Assembly (NCBI GenBank): GCA_964016885.1
Contig: OZ024740.1
Coordinates: 65,286,001 to 65,350,000, forward strand
Direction of reading: 5' to 3'
Origin: Eledone cirrhosa
Taxonomy: Eukaryota
Length of the DNA stretch: 64,000 bases
The translations under genes were made by a program, and so were the position numbers. Shown in pieces: positions 12,897 through 25,457 of the stretch. Each line of letters starts with the position of its first letter. Positions within the stretch are counted from its first letter, which is position 1. The notes beneath the pieces are model-generated. The model was not told the origin of the DNA, did no database searches, and saw only the letters and a list, made by a program, of their open reading frames with translations.

Positions 12897-13840
12897 CTAA
12901 GGCGGGTAAAATTCCCGAGATCCATGGACGAGTTCTCTCCAGCGGTCTCTGTCCCTCATTATCGCTGCCATATCCTGCATCTCCAACAGACCAGTGTCTG
13001 TCCTTAGGGCATCAACATATGTTAACCTTGGTCTTCCTCTTCTAGTGTGTCCATGTAGGGGCTCCCAAAGGAGCACTGAGTGCAATGTCAACTCTGGATG
13101 TCGGTGAGCATGTCCAGCCAACCCCAGTCTCCTCTGTGTCACTTTTGAGCTGACTTTTGGGATGCTCCCATACAGCTCTGAGTTTTTCATCCTCAGTGTA
13201 TACTGACAGAGTTCTTTGAGATACTGGCTGGAGTGCTCCAGGGAGATACATTGGCTCCCTACATTTTTATCATCGTAGTGGACTATTGTATGCGCCTTGC
13301 ACTGGAGAAACACCAGGACACTGGCTTTACTGTAGCACCGGCTCAGAGCAGGAGAGTTGGGGCGAAAAAGGTATCGGATGCTGAATTTGCCGACGACATA
13401 GTTTTGGTGACAAATACAGTGAAGGAGGCAGAGGATTTGATGCGGGAGGTTGAGACTGTGTCGATGAGTGTGGGGCTGAGAATGAATGAGACTAAAACAA
13501 AATATCTGGTAGGGAATGTTGAGAAGCCAGAGGGGATCACTAATGTAGGCGGGAAGCCGCTGGAATTGGTTGAGGACTTCCTGTATTTGGGAGCAAATAT
13601 TGGGAATACGGAAGATGATGTGGTTGAGATGAAGAGCAAGGCCTGGGCGGCGTGTCACAGCTTAAGATCGGTGTGGAAGTCGGACCTTCGTAGATACCTG
13701 AAAATCCGCCTCTTCATTGCTGTAGTGGAGTTTGTGCTGCAGTATGGGTCTGAGACTTGGACACTGACCAAGAGACTCACTCAGATGGTAGATGGGTGCT
13801 ACACGAGAATGCTGAGGATGGCTCTGAACATTAATCAGTA
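12897..13840. mobile_element. RTE/RTE-X-like LINE with 5' inversion
   Basis: Plus 13206-13840 encodes RT (GVLQGDTLAPY, FADD, FLYLG, YGSETWTL...NINQY). Minus 13207-12897 encodes the continuation (QYTLRM...REFYPP*) and a (TAGA)n tail. Confidence 0.88.
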
Positions 13841-13868
13841 TGTATATGTGTGTGTATATATATATATA

Positions 13869-14412
13869 TAAGTATGTATACGTACATACATATATGTGTA
13901 CAGACGTACAGTAGTATGTATATATATATACATACATGCACACATATATATATATATATGTACGTATGGGTTTACCGAACATTTATTATAATGTTCGGTT
14001 TGTTTGTAAACAAACAGCCCGAATTACGCCGTACAGTGCTCGGCAACCATCGTCGCCCTTTTGTTCAACACTGACAAAGGAACGATGTACTAGTTTCAAG
14101 CTTATTAGCTATCGTCAGCATCGTATACCTTTCTGTCAGATGATTGGACGTTTGAAAGTATATACTTTCCTTATGCATATTAAGGGTTGAGCAACCTAAC
14201 TTGCATATCGAGTGAGTTAGTAGGCCGGACGTACCGAAAACGATAAATGGAAAAGAATGAAACGAAATTTAATTTCTCACTCTTACTACGGCTGATACCT
14301 AAATATAAGTATGTATACGTACATACATATATGTATACAGAGGTACAGTAGTATGTATATATATACATACATGTACACATATATATATGTACGTATGGGT
14401 TTACCGAACATT
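13869..14412 (-). mobile_element. PLE pLTR / retrozyme-like module, partial tandem (~1.25 units, period ~438 bp)
   Basis: 13869-13985 is repeated at 14307-14412. Contains a hammerhead. Same family as 39088-39830. Confidence 0.75.
14083..14123 (-). ncRNA. Minimal type I hammerhead ribozyme, canonical core
   Basis: cgatg-CTGACGA-t agc taataa gct t-GAAAC TA GTA-catcg. Stem III ACTAGT is palindromic. Confidence 0.85.
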
Positions 14413-14419
14413 ATAGAAA

Positions 14420-14720
14420 ATGTCCCTCATCATCGCCGCCATGTCCTGCTTCTCCAAGAGACCAGTGTCTGTCCTTAGGGCAACAATACATATCAACCTC
14501 GATTCCCCTCTTCTAGTGTGTCCATGCAGGGGCTCCCACAGGAGCACTGAGTGCAGTGTCAGCGCTGGATGTCGGCGAGCATGACTAGCTAAACTCAATC
14601 TCCTTTGTGCTACTCTCGAGCTGACGTTTGGGAAGCTCGCTTACAGCTCTGAGTTCTTCATCCTCAGTGTATACTGACTCTGGCTTTACGGCAACACTGG
14701 CTCAGAGCAGGAGAGTTAAT
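14420..14720. mobile_element. Second RTE-like LINE copy with inversion junction
   Basis: Minus 14677-14420 matches 13207-12950. It is followed by a plus-strand piece matching 13318-13358. Confidence 0.8.
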
Positions 14721-15093
14721 GTGAAAAGTCACTGACGCATTGGAGTGTAGTTAAAACCACTCCACATTTTTTCAGTCTTAATGTATTTATCCATAATTCA
14801 AACAGGGAGAACAATCATTATATGGATACCTTAATTCATAGATAAGGTAAACCATTACGTGACATCTGCCAATACGAGAGCGTTGCTTAATAGATTCATT
14901 TCATATGATGCATATGATATCACGGTATGTATAAAATAAAAACAGAGTAAGTTGATTTTATTGAGAGCAATATTTCAATATCGTCAAGGCACATCTGCTT
15001 CATAGAAAGAACATCTTAATTTCAAAATAACAACAATTTAATTTATCCACACATGCGTGAGTGCAATATGTGTGACGCATGTCTTTGAGTGTG

Positions 15094-15154
<61 letters not shown>

Positions 15155-15881
15155 ATATATCAAATATGCACAAAAACAATTATACAATCAGGATTTAGAT
15201 ACATTCTAATTTGAAAGCAAATCAAAAGAGTATATATGGTTTGATCTATTAAACTGATAACACATTATAAGATGACCATATCTCAATGGGCGTTTATTTT
15301 TACACGGCTTGTTCTTATGAACGCCATTTTAGTTTTGATTGTGTCTAGCTACTATCGCTCACAAAATTAGCTGTCTTAATTCAGGAAACTTGTTTCCCAC
15401 ACAATCATTATTACTCCTAATACCTAATACGTTACCTTAATATCATTTCAGAACCATTATGTATTACTTTGAGTGCAAACATTTTAAAACAGTGTACATA
15501 GTGAAATAAATACACACTATTAGATTATAATTAATTGGTTATCCCAGGATGGAGGATAATTATTAACTACTCGCATATCGCATGAAATCAATACGTCCAT
15601 GTAGACAAACCAAATTACCGTTTCCCTATTTTGGCATAAGTCCATTTCAACGAAATTCTCATGGATATCGCAATTTGTATGACATAAAATAGATTAGAGA
15701 TGAATTTATATATTGCTTTATTCATCCATACTATATATATATATATTTCGTTTTTTAATTTGTTTTGCTAGAATGTTTATTGAAGAATATATTGTTATAC
15801 TTTGGGAGGGTCATGTCACGAAAGAGCTTTGACAATCTATAATTTTAATCCTTTATAAATAGTTGCGCACGCGCACACACA

Positions 15882-16760
<879 letters not shown>

Positions 16761-16848
16761 TATACACACGCACACATCTATCTATCTATATATATTTATA
16801 TACATACGATATATTAACAAATGGAAACTACATTTATAAAACCATATT

Positions 16849-16914
16849 TATTTCATTATACATATGTCAAGGGTCACCATGGCAAACTATGGTGCGCTTT
16901 CATCATATAAAATA
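16849..16914 (-). ncRNA. Decayed hammerhead, homolog of 56866-56931
   Basis: ATGATGA...caccat/atggtg...GACA. Flanking sequence matches 56720-56830. Confidence 0.5.
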
Positions 16915-17032
16915 TAATATAGGTTAGTTTTATAAATAAATATTGTCATACCCTGAAAAAATGCAACCATTCTGGTTGGAATCTCCTGGATAGTTGTTTG
17001 TTGTATCCCAACAAATTAAATATAACCTCTAC

Positions 17033-17068
<36 letters not shown>

Positions 17069-17083
17069 GTATACACACACACT

Positions 17084-17136
<53 letters not shown>

Positions 17137-17139
<3 letters not shown>

Positions 17140-17545
17140 AGGCTGTTAAAGTTTGCTTGAAGCATTGTGAAATGTGTAAAATACGTAGTTTAGAAAGCCA
17201 CAACAATGCAGAGGGAAATCTCGAGGTAGGAAGTGAATGATAGATAGGAGAAATAGGATAAAGTGAAAATTGAGAGAGACAAAGATGAAAACAATCGCGG
17301 CATTCCTGTTTTAACGACATCACAACTTTCTCCGCTTAGCCTGTTCCCCCCCTTTTGGAACTTTCCCCCGTTGATGGGCGTGAGCCCGAAATATTGGGAT
17401 TAAATCTCCACTACGGTAACCTTCTACCTTTGTTTTGTTTTCATCTTTGTCTCTCTCAATTTTCACTTTATCCTATTTCTCCTATCTATCATTCACTTCC
17501 TACCTCGAGATTTCCCTCTGCATTGTTGTGGCTTTCTAAACTACG

Positions 17546-17552
<7 letters not shown>
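17137..17552. repeat. Fold-back element: 118-bp perfect inverted repeat in (TA)n
   Basis: 17177-17294 is the reverse complement of 17435-17552. The 140-bp spacer holds a hammerhead-like remnant (ttgat gggc gtga gccc gaaa). Confidence 0.85.
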
Positions 17553-17606
<54 letters not shown>

Positions 17607-18085
17607 AGACTATTTTGTTATAACAAAAGAACATTAATTTGCAAGAGGGAGAAGAAAAAACAATGTAGATCATATACAGTCCTGCATCAATTATTTCCCA
17701 GGAAAACTTGACTAGACTTTGTGGGAAGATTAATTCTGAGATAAAGAGCAATGTAAATATCAAAGAACAAATACACTGTTACAATTATTCTCAGGTGACA
17801 TCTGACGTGCATATGCTCAATGTTATACCAATGACTTGTGATGTTCTTAATACATACCTTACTATACTAAGGAAATGAGGCCTGTGGGGTTTGTCATATG
17901 GGAAAATGACGGTAATTTATATATCAAATAAATCACCTTCATTGACCTTTGCACATAAGAAGAAACAGATGTTTCGAATGTGAGAAGTCATGCATACGAA
18001 AAATCGATACTTGCAGTTAAATATATGTGTGAGAATCAATTGAAAAATATTTGCTTAGGTGTATCTGAATATATTTGTGTATTTA

Positions 18086-18191
<106 letters not shown>

Positions 18192-18348
18192 GGATAACAA
18201 GTTATCGTTATAGGTAATTCAGTTAGAGGTTGTGAGTACTCTGCGTCCTGGATAGTTTTAACGTACGGCTTTAACTCAAAGAGATGTATCCATAGCTAGG
18301 CAGCGAGTTCGCGGTAATTCCTTTTGCAAGTTATACTTGGAGTAATAA

Positions 18349-18575
18349 TAGTGAAAGAATGAAGAGTAACATGGTTGGCTGGACAACAATGGACAACAAT
18401 TTTCAGGTATTGAAAATTGTTTCAGATGAGTCTAGAGGTCGCCAATCGCTTGAAGTTGCCTCACTCTATCTCCATTACATTATTTACCTCTGATCAACTC
18501 ATCAGAATACAAAGAATACCTGAAATAAAGCCACTTGTTGTACAGCCAACCATGTTGCTCTTCATTCTTTCACTA
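18349..18575. repeat. Imperfect fold-back element
   Basis: TAGTGAAAGAATGAAGAGTAACATGGTTGGCTG at the left end is inverted at 18543-18575. Inner arms match partially. Confidence 0.75.
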
Positions 18576-18606
18576 TATATATATATATATATATGGGGGT
18601 GGTGGA

Positions 18607-18790
18607 GGACCCCGACAACTGAGCTCCGACCGTTTCGACAGCTAGATCCGAATTCAGATCTACCTGTCGAAATGGCCGGAACTCAGGCGTCGGGGTCCTG
18701 ACACTTTTCATATTACCCACTCTACTAACTTAAATATCGAGTACTCTGATGCGTTATGGTCCACCTGGTATCTTATCACACCTTCTTTGT
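18607..18790 (+). mobile_element. Short PLE-pLTR-like 3' fragment with hairpin 5' end
   Basis: Hairpin 18607-18698 centred on GAATTC. Body shared with 49940-50078 (minus) and 57570-57688. Confidence 0.7.
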
Positions 18791-19321
18791 TATATATATA
18801 TATATATTAACCCGCGTGTATATTATTTTTTTTCTTCATTTCGTGGATCGTGGGTTGTCTCCCCTTCCCGCTTCGTGTCGCTATGATACTTCCTCAGTCA
18901 AAAACTGCTGGAATTTCAAATTTGGCGGTCATTCGAGGTGAGAGAGAGCAACTTTACGGACATGATTTTTGACAGCGGTAAGAAATTGTTTTCTTATATC
19001 AATGTTTAACGGGCTTCCACTGATGATTTATAAGTGCCCACCTAAATATATTCTTACATGAATATATATTAGGCTTCTACATAAACTGGAAACATTCTCC
19101 CAACTTGTAGAAAACTTATAATGAAACAATTGTTTGGAAAGAGAGATATACTTTAACTTTAATTATATCTCATAAAATAATACAACTGGTTTTTCCACAT
19201 TATACATATTGTTAGCACCCCAAACACTTAAATTGGGTTTATATTTTAATATAACCTAATGTTTGTTGAGTGAGATGGTTACCAGTCAGAGTTTAGCTTT
19301 AAACTATCTCTGTTATTGTAT

Positions 19322-19360
<39 letters not shown>

Positions 19361-21709
19361 AAGGTGTATGTGTGTTTACAGCTCTTATTTCTGATAATTC
19401 TGCTGGTATAATTAGAACATTTCTATCGCCCATTCAAAAAGATGACTTCGTCCAATCGCTTACAAACTGAGTCATTGCCAACCCTCACCAAAAACTAGGT
19501 ATCGTCTCTCGGATATGGTGGGTATCAGCTTCTTCTAATCCTGAAACTGCGGTTCATTCAATACTCCTTTCAGATAAACATACATAACACAAACTACTTC
19601 AACCTGGACGTCCTGCATAAAAATACTTCGGCCTGCGAACATTTTATCATCTCTCCCTACCGCCATTTTTATACATCGCTTCAAGTCAATGATCAAAAAG
19701 TTGAATCTATTTGTCAAGGAGAGCCTATGAATAAATACGACTAAACTAAACAAACCAACAGTCTACCTCACAAACACGAACACGCACAGACGCACACATG
19801 CACGCACGCGCGCACGCACACACACAGACATATAATATATATATATATATATTGTTTATATATATATATATATACATATATGTATGTGGGTGTGTGTGTG
19901 GGTGTGTGTGTGCGTGTGTGTGTGTATGTGTCTGTGCTTGTGTGAGTGTGTGAAAGTATGTGTCTGTGTGTGTGCGAAGAGAAATCTGATCATTTTCTAG
20001 TAGATGATTATTATCATCATTATTTATGTCACGTGGAATTGTATGAGTGTAGCTTCAAAAGAAATATTTGTGATAGAGACTATTAGCATCTTTTTGCGCT
20101 CAATTCATCTACTTATCTAACCGTTCACAAGAGAAGAATAAAAGACAATAAACTTATGGTGTACTCTAGATCAAAGAAAGAAATTTTATTTCATATACCA
20201 TATTATATAGTATGTTTGTATATATGGTTATCGATTTTAGTTGATATTAGAGTAATGTTCGAAATTTATAGCTGTAGTATGATTTATTTAATAACGGGAT
20301 AAAACAAATTAATATTTACCTACTTATTTCACCTAATGTTACAAAACATGGCGAAAAGCAGTCATTGCTTCATTGAGCCGCAACGGGCCTGTCTGATCGA
20401 TTTTTGAAAGGCTAGAAATAATGCATGGGGGTAACAAACTGGTATCAATATCTAATCAAATTTTCATTTGTAGAACAAACTCCACTTTTTTCTTAAAAAG
20501 AATGAACCACAAACAATACACGTGCACGCATGTACCTTAATTACAGTATATTAATTACTAAATTAGTAATAACCAGTGGCGTCTTATATATTCCCAGTGG
20601 TTGCATACAATGTGAGAGCAACGTGTGTACCACAATGAGTTCCAGATTAACACAGAAACATTTATATATAGTTAGATAGATAGAGAGATAGTTGAATAGG
20701 CACGCGATGTATCCATGAACAAACGTATCTGAGGGACCGGGCAAGCGCTTCTTAAAACAGTGAAACAACAATATGCAACAACGGTTACTAGTACCAACCG
20801 AAATCATTCGTGTCTACGTAGTCCATGACATACTAGAAATGTTTGCCAGTACACAAACATGTTATACTACTGCAACTCACGTATTGTATTATATAGAGAA
20901 ACAGAAAAATAAAAATAAAACGTAAATGAAAAACATTATATAAAGACACGAACTTCTAAATACATATATCGTATATACAAAATGATATCCATGTATACAC
21001 ACATACATCCATGTACACTTGCCTATATATGGTCATCTATCCATTTATCTATCCATATATTAATTCGTCCATTCACTCATTCATCCGTCCATCCAACCAT
21101 CCATACATAGATATAGATACATACATACATTTACGCATTCTTTGATATGTACATGTATTCATACAATTGCAAGTGCAGCCTATGAGGAGATAGATACATT
21201 CTAATATATTTTAGTGGGGCAATTATAGAGATAGACCGATAGACAGATAGATAAACATGAGGGGTAAATTAATAATAAATTATAAATTAATAAATCAGTA
21301 ATGTTAATTAATACATTGGAAGAACACAGTAGAAGATCTTGAGGAGATCAAACAGAATAGCCTCACGCATAATCGAATAATATCAGCGTGGAGTATAATA
21401 AAATAATTAATCTAATGTAGAATAATATAAAAATCATACTGATCGTTGGACTGATCGGTACCAGAGATCGAATACTGAGAACATACAATACATCTATTGC
21501 AAAATTTTTATTTTACATCACGATGAAACAACAGAAATCTAGCATCGGAAACTATGTATATTGATATATAAAAAAGTAAATAACATCAACCGCAATAGAA
21601 GGAAAAGAGATTGTTAGAGCGAAGTAAATTAGGAGAAAGATAAAAAACATATTTTAAACATTAATTTGTAAAAAACTACAGAAAATTAGAAAGCCAGCTA
21701 TACGTGGTA

Positions 21710-21767
<58 letters not shown>

Positions 21768-22024
21768 GAAAGGTATAGAAAATATTGTAGTATAAAGCCA
21801 ACAGTATTCCATTATATATATATATATAATTATATATATATATAATTATAAATATAAATATGTATATATATATATATATATATTGTTATACTTTGGGAGG
21901 GTCATGTTGCCTATAAGAAACACACGCACCAGATGCTTTCACTTCAATTTATTATAATACATTTATAAATTTATGAATTTCTGGTTGGTTGGTTGGTTCC
22001 ACAACCAGATAGTTGTTTACATAT

Positions 22025-22069
22025 AGTCATAGTTCTTTCGTCACACACTCTGTGACCTCTTCAGTGACT
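22025..22069 (-). ncRNA. Minimal hammerhead ribozyme in 3' pLTR, canonical core
   Basis: agtca-CTGAAGA-g gtcaca gagtg tgtgac-GAAAG AA CTA-tgact. Same sense as the ORF. Confidence 0.85.
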
Positions 22070-22270
22070 GGGGATTTTCTTTCTTTGTTTCTGTGCCTCT
22101 CCTTTGTTCTGTCCTACGCCATTTTGTTTCTGTGTGTGTGTTGTGTGCTCAGTCTGCGCATGCGCCACATCCGGGTGTCTGTGTGTGCTTATGTTCATTT
22201 ATTTATTTGTTTATTTACATATTACTGGTTGGTTATTTATTCTATGTGTGTGTGTGTTTTCATTTTGTCC

Positions 22271-23337
22271 TTAATTGTAAGTTGTGATGTTGCTGTTCCA
22301 CTCATATTTTATATTTAATTTCGGTTGTAATTCTTTTATGTTTATTGCCTCTGTGATTTGTCTAAACATTGCGTCTTTTCTGTGTGTAGATTCTATTTTT
22401 ATTTCTATGTTCTCTAATTTACCCTTGTGTTCTATTTTAGCATGTTGGTAGAGTATAGATGATTCTTTACTATCTTGAAGGTCTCGCCAGTGTTCATTTA
22501 TCCGTTCCCCTACACTACGAGCTGTCTCACCTATGTACACTATATTTTTGTCTCTACATTGTCCTTCAGTACATCTTATGCTATACACTACATTTCTAGT
22601 TTTACAGTTAATATGGGGGCTTATTTTACAGGTTAAACATTTCTTATCTATACATGAGGGTCTTTGAAAAGGGTATGTCTTGCTAATAAGTGTTTTTATG
22701 GAGGTACCTGGTCTTTCTACTATCTTAATATTGAGTTTATGTTTATTTAGGGCCCTTCTAAATTTGTAAGCTAATTCCCCTCTAGGGGTTGTATCGATGA
22801 ACATTACACTCTGGTATTTATTGCTATCATACCATGAGTTTATTCTATTAGCCTTGTTCCTAGTTCTTTCTATTCTATTCCGAAATTTGCTCCTATACAT
22901 GGGGTAGGTCCCATTTATGTCATTATTTACCATTTTTTCCCATTTATTTCTGGCTCCTCTATACACTCTGATTTTATCTCTCTGATTGTAGCCAGAGAAC
23001 TGCATACGGTGGATGAAGTGTTGTATGTGCCTCTCTAGTTCTTCGGGGTTGCACATGCGGGACACGTTTCTCATCACCCGTACAAAATCCGCAATCAGTA
23101 TGTTGATTTTGGTATGGTCCGAAACGGCCGAGTTTCGGAGGATCAGATGTTTGGAAGTCATGGGTTTGGCATAATGGGAATGGAGGATTTGTTTTTTGTT
23201 ATTAATGGTATCTAACCAGAGCTCTGTGTCTAGTAAAGGTAATCGATGGTTGGGGTGTTTACTTGGGTAGTCTATAGTAACTCTAATGCTCTGGTGGGTG
23301 GAGTTAGCTATTTGCTGGATGCTTTCCATTGTGTTCT
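22271..23337 (-). CDS. PLE polyprotein C-terminus (end of RT + GIY-YIG endonuclease), 5'-truncated, open frame
   Basis: LPLLD, HYAKP, C..KKCLTC...C, NVVYSIRC...YIGETARSVGERINEH, EAINI...LN.K.E. The first ~48 aa of the listed 403-aa ORF come from the inverted pLTR. Confidence 0.88.
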
Positions 23338-23496
23338 TCCAGTAACATGTAAATGAACAAATAAATAAATGAACATAAACACACACAGACACCCTGATGT
23401 GGCGCATGCGCAGATCGAGCACACAACACACACACATAAACAAAATGGCGTAGGACAGAACAAAGGAGAGGCACAGAAACAAAGAAAGGAATCCCC

Positions 23497-23541
23497 AGTC
23501 ACTAAAGAGGTCACATAGTGTGTGACGAAAGAACTATGACT
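23497..23541 (+). ncRNA. Hammerhead copy in inverted pLTR (core mutated to CTAAAGA)
   Basis: Mirror of 22025-22069 with a G5-to-A change. Confidence 0.7.
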
Positions 23542-23741
23542 ATATATAAACAACTATCTGGTTGTGGAACCAACCAACCAACCAGAAATATATAAATTTA
23601 TAAATTTATAATAATAAATTGAAGTGAAGCAACTGGTGCGTGTGTTTCTTATTGGCAACATGACCCTCCCAAAGTATAACAATATCGGTTTCAACACACG
23701 ATTTCAGATAAAGAATCTTGCTAAACAAATTCAGAAACGAA

Positions 23742-23782
<41 letters not shown>

Positions 23783-23783
<1 letters not shown>

Positions 23784-24985
23784 TTATTAAAATAACAGGT
23801 TGAAACACCCACGTCCTGTAGCACCTACATAGGGTTAACCGCCAATAGATCCACGCAGTGTCTTTACATGCATACCAATTCTTTTCGTAACCCTCTAAGA
23901 AGGAATATGACGTCACTTTCAGCTTATATCTGGAGTCTAAAAGACAACCACACACAATATAATTTACACTGGGAGATCCTAGCTGGGGCTAGATCGTATA
24001 ACAGAAATAAAAGACCATGTGAGCTCTGCGCCGCTGAGGCCCTGGATATACTCTACGCCACGGAACACATCTTAAACAAAAAATGTGAGGCAATTTCGGC
24101 TTGTAAACATAAATTGCACAAAACTTTCCTGTATTACAGCCCCACATTATACCCTAACGCATAGTACGATCTATGCGTGGATATTTTACGTTTTGATGTG
24201 GTAGTTAAGTATATGTTATGTTTGTGCCATTACTTATTTGCATAGGTAAGTATATATTACCTGTATGTTTTGTGAAGGTACGTATACTTTCTTGTCTTTT
24301 GGTTATGTGTATACGGGAGTTTTGCGTCTGTGTGTGTATGCGGGTTCGTAGGTATGTTGGGTGTGTGTATATGTGTACTTCATGTTTTGGTTGACGTTGT
24401 CTCCGAACATTTGTGTATTTACATGTAGGTATGTCTGTGTGCTTGTTATATACATATTTATTTATTTATTTATATACGTTTATTTAATTACTTATTTATA
24501 TGTATACACGCACACACACACACACATATTTATATGTGCGTGGTTTTGTATACCTATAGCGAGTGTTTTCGCGTATGCTTGTGTATGTACGTATTTGGAT
24601 GCGTGTATGTATTTATTTAATTTCAATTACCTCCGTATTGTATTTAAGTCTACGACTTCAGCTATACCATTTACGTGGTTTTGTCTTAGCATGCAATTGT
24701 TCTCCACGCTCCACATATGACGTATTATCTTCGTTTTTTCCGTCCATTGCCAGAGAACGCCTCTATGAACCACCTAAGAGAACATTAGTCTACGACTTCT
24801 TTTATACCATAAACGTGGTTCTGTCTTTGCGTGTAATTGTTTTTCACCGCTCCTATTAATGACGTATTATATTCCTTTTTTCTCGTTCTTTGCCAGGGAA
24901 CGTTTTCACGAACCAAAGTATCGTCTTCCTGTCTTCCCCCGGTTGCAACGTTTTTTGAAATATCCACTTCTGCGTAAATATATAA
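23783..24985 (+). mobile_element. PLE 3' fragment (GIY-YIG C-terminus + long 3' region)
   Basis: H..SF......TSLSAYIWSLK...W.I......Y......C.LC..E...I...ILNK.......CKH (23868-24164). Downstream sequence is homologous to 53870-55585. Confidence 0.82.
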
Positions 24986-25457
24986 CAATAGTAATGTAAT
25001 TAAGGATATATTGTGAAAAGAAGTAGAAGAGTGGATGAATAATTGTAATATGTATAAGTTAGATGAGCATGAAAGGGAGAAAAATAATGAATTGATGATG
25101 AATAATCTAACGTCAAAAGAATGTTTATGTTTACGAGGGATTTTTCAAGGTGATATTATAAAGTATTTAAAAGGGTAAGGATATATAGTGGTGATTAATA
25201 ATGAGAATTGAGAAGTATCTAGGAAGAAAAGGTACTGATTAGAGGTTAGAAATTAAAAGAAAAAAAAAGAAAAAGGGAAAAAAAGAAAGAAAGGGAAATA
25301 ATACATAGGAGTGATATAGAATGAGTAACTAGTATTATATAATGTATAATAAATAACATTGAAATAAGGTAGAAAGATGGGTATATTTTTAAAGAAATAT
25401 ATATGTATATATATGTGCCTTTGAGAAAAGGATTTTAAATTGGTAAAGTATTAAATA

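Larger units (their letters stand above)
21881..23740 (-). mobile_element. Penelope-like element, 5'-truncated, with inverted pLTRs
   Basis: Inverted repeats 21881-22230 / 23338-23684 flank an RT-thumb plus GIY-YIG ORF. Inserted in (TA)n. Confidence 0.92.

Noticed and set aside
13869-14412. Repeat-spacer-like pattern as a CRISPR array
   Set aside because: Eukaryotic context. It is a partial tandem duplication of a ~438-bp unit, with no short repeats, unique spacers or cas genes.
23338-23482. Hydrophobic N-terminus of the 403-aa ORF as a signal peptide or novel fusion
   Set aside because: It is antisense pLTR sequence fused in frame by the inversion junction.
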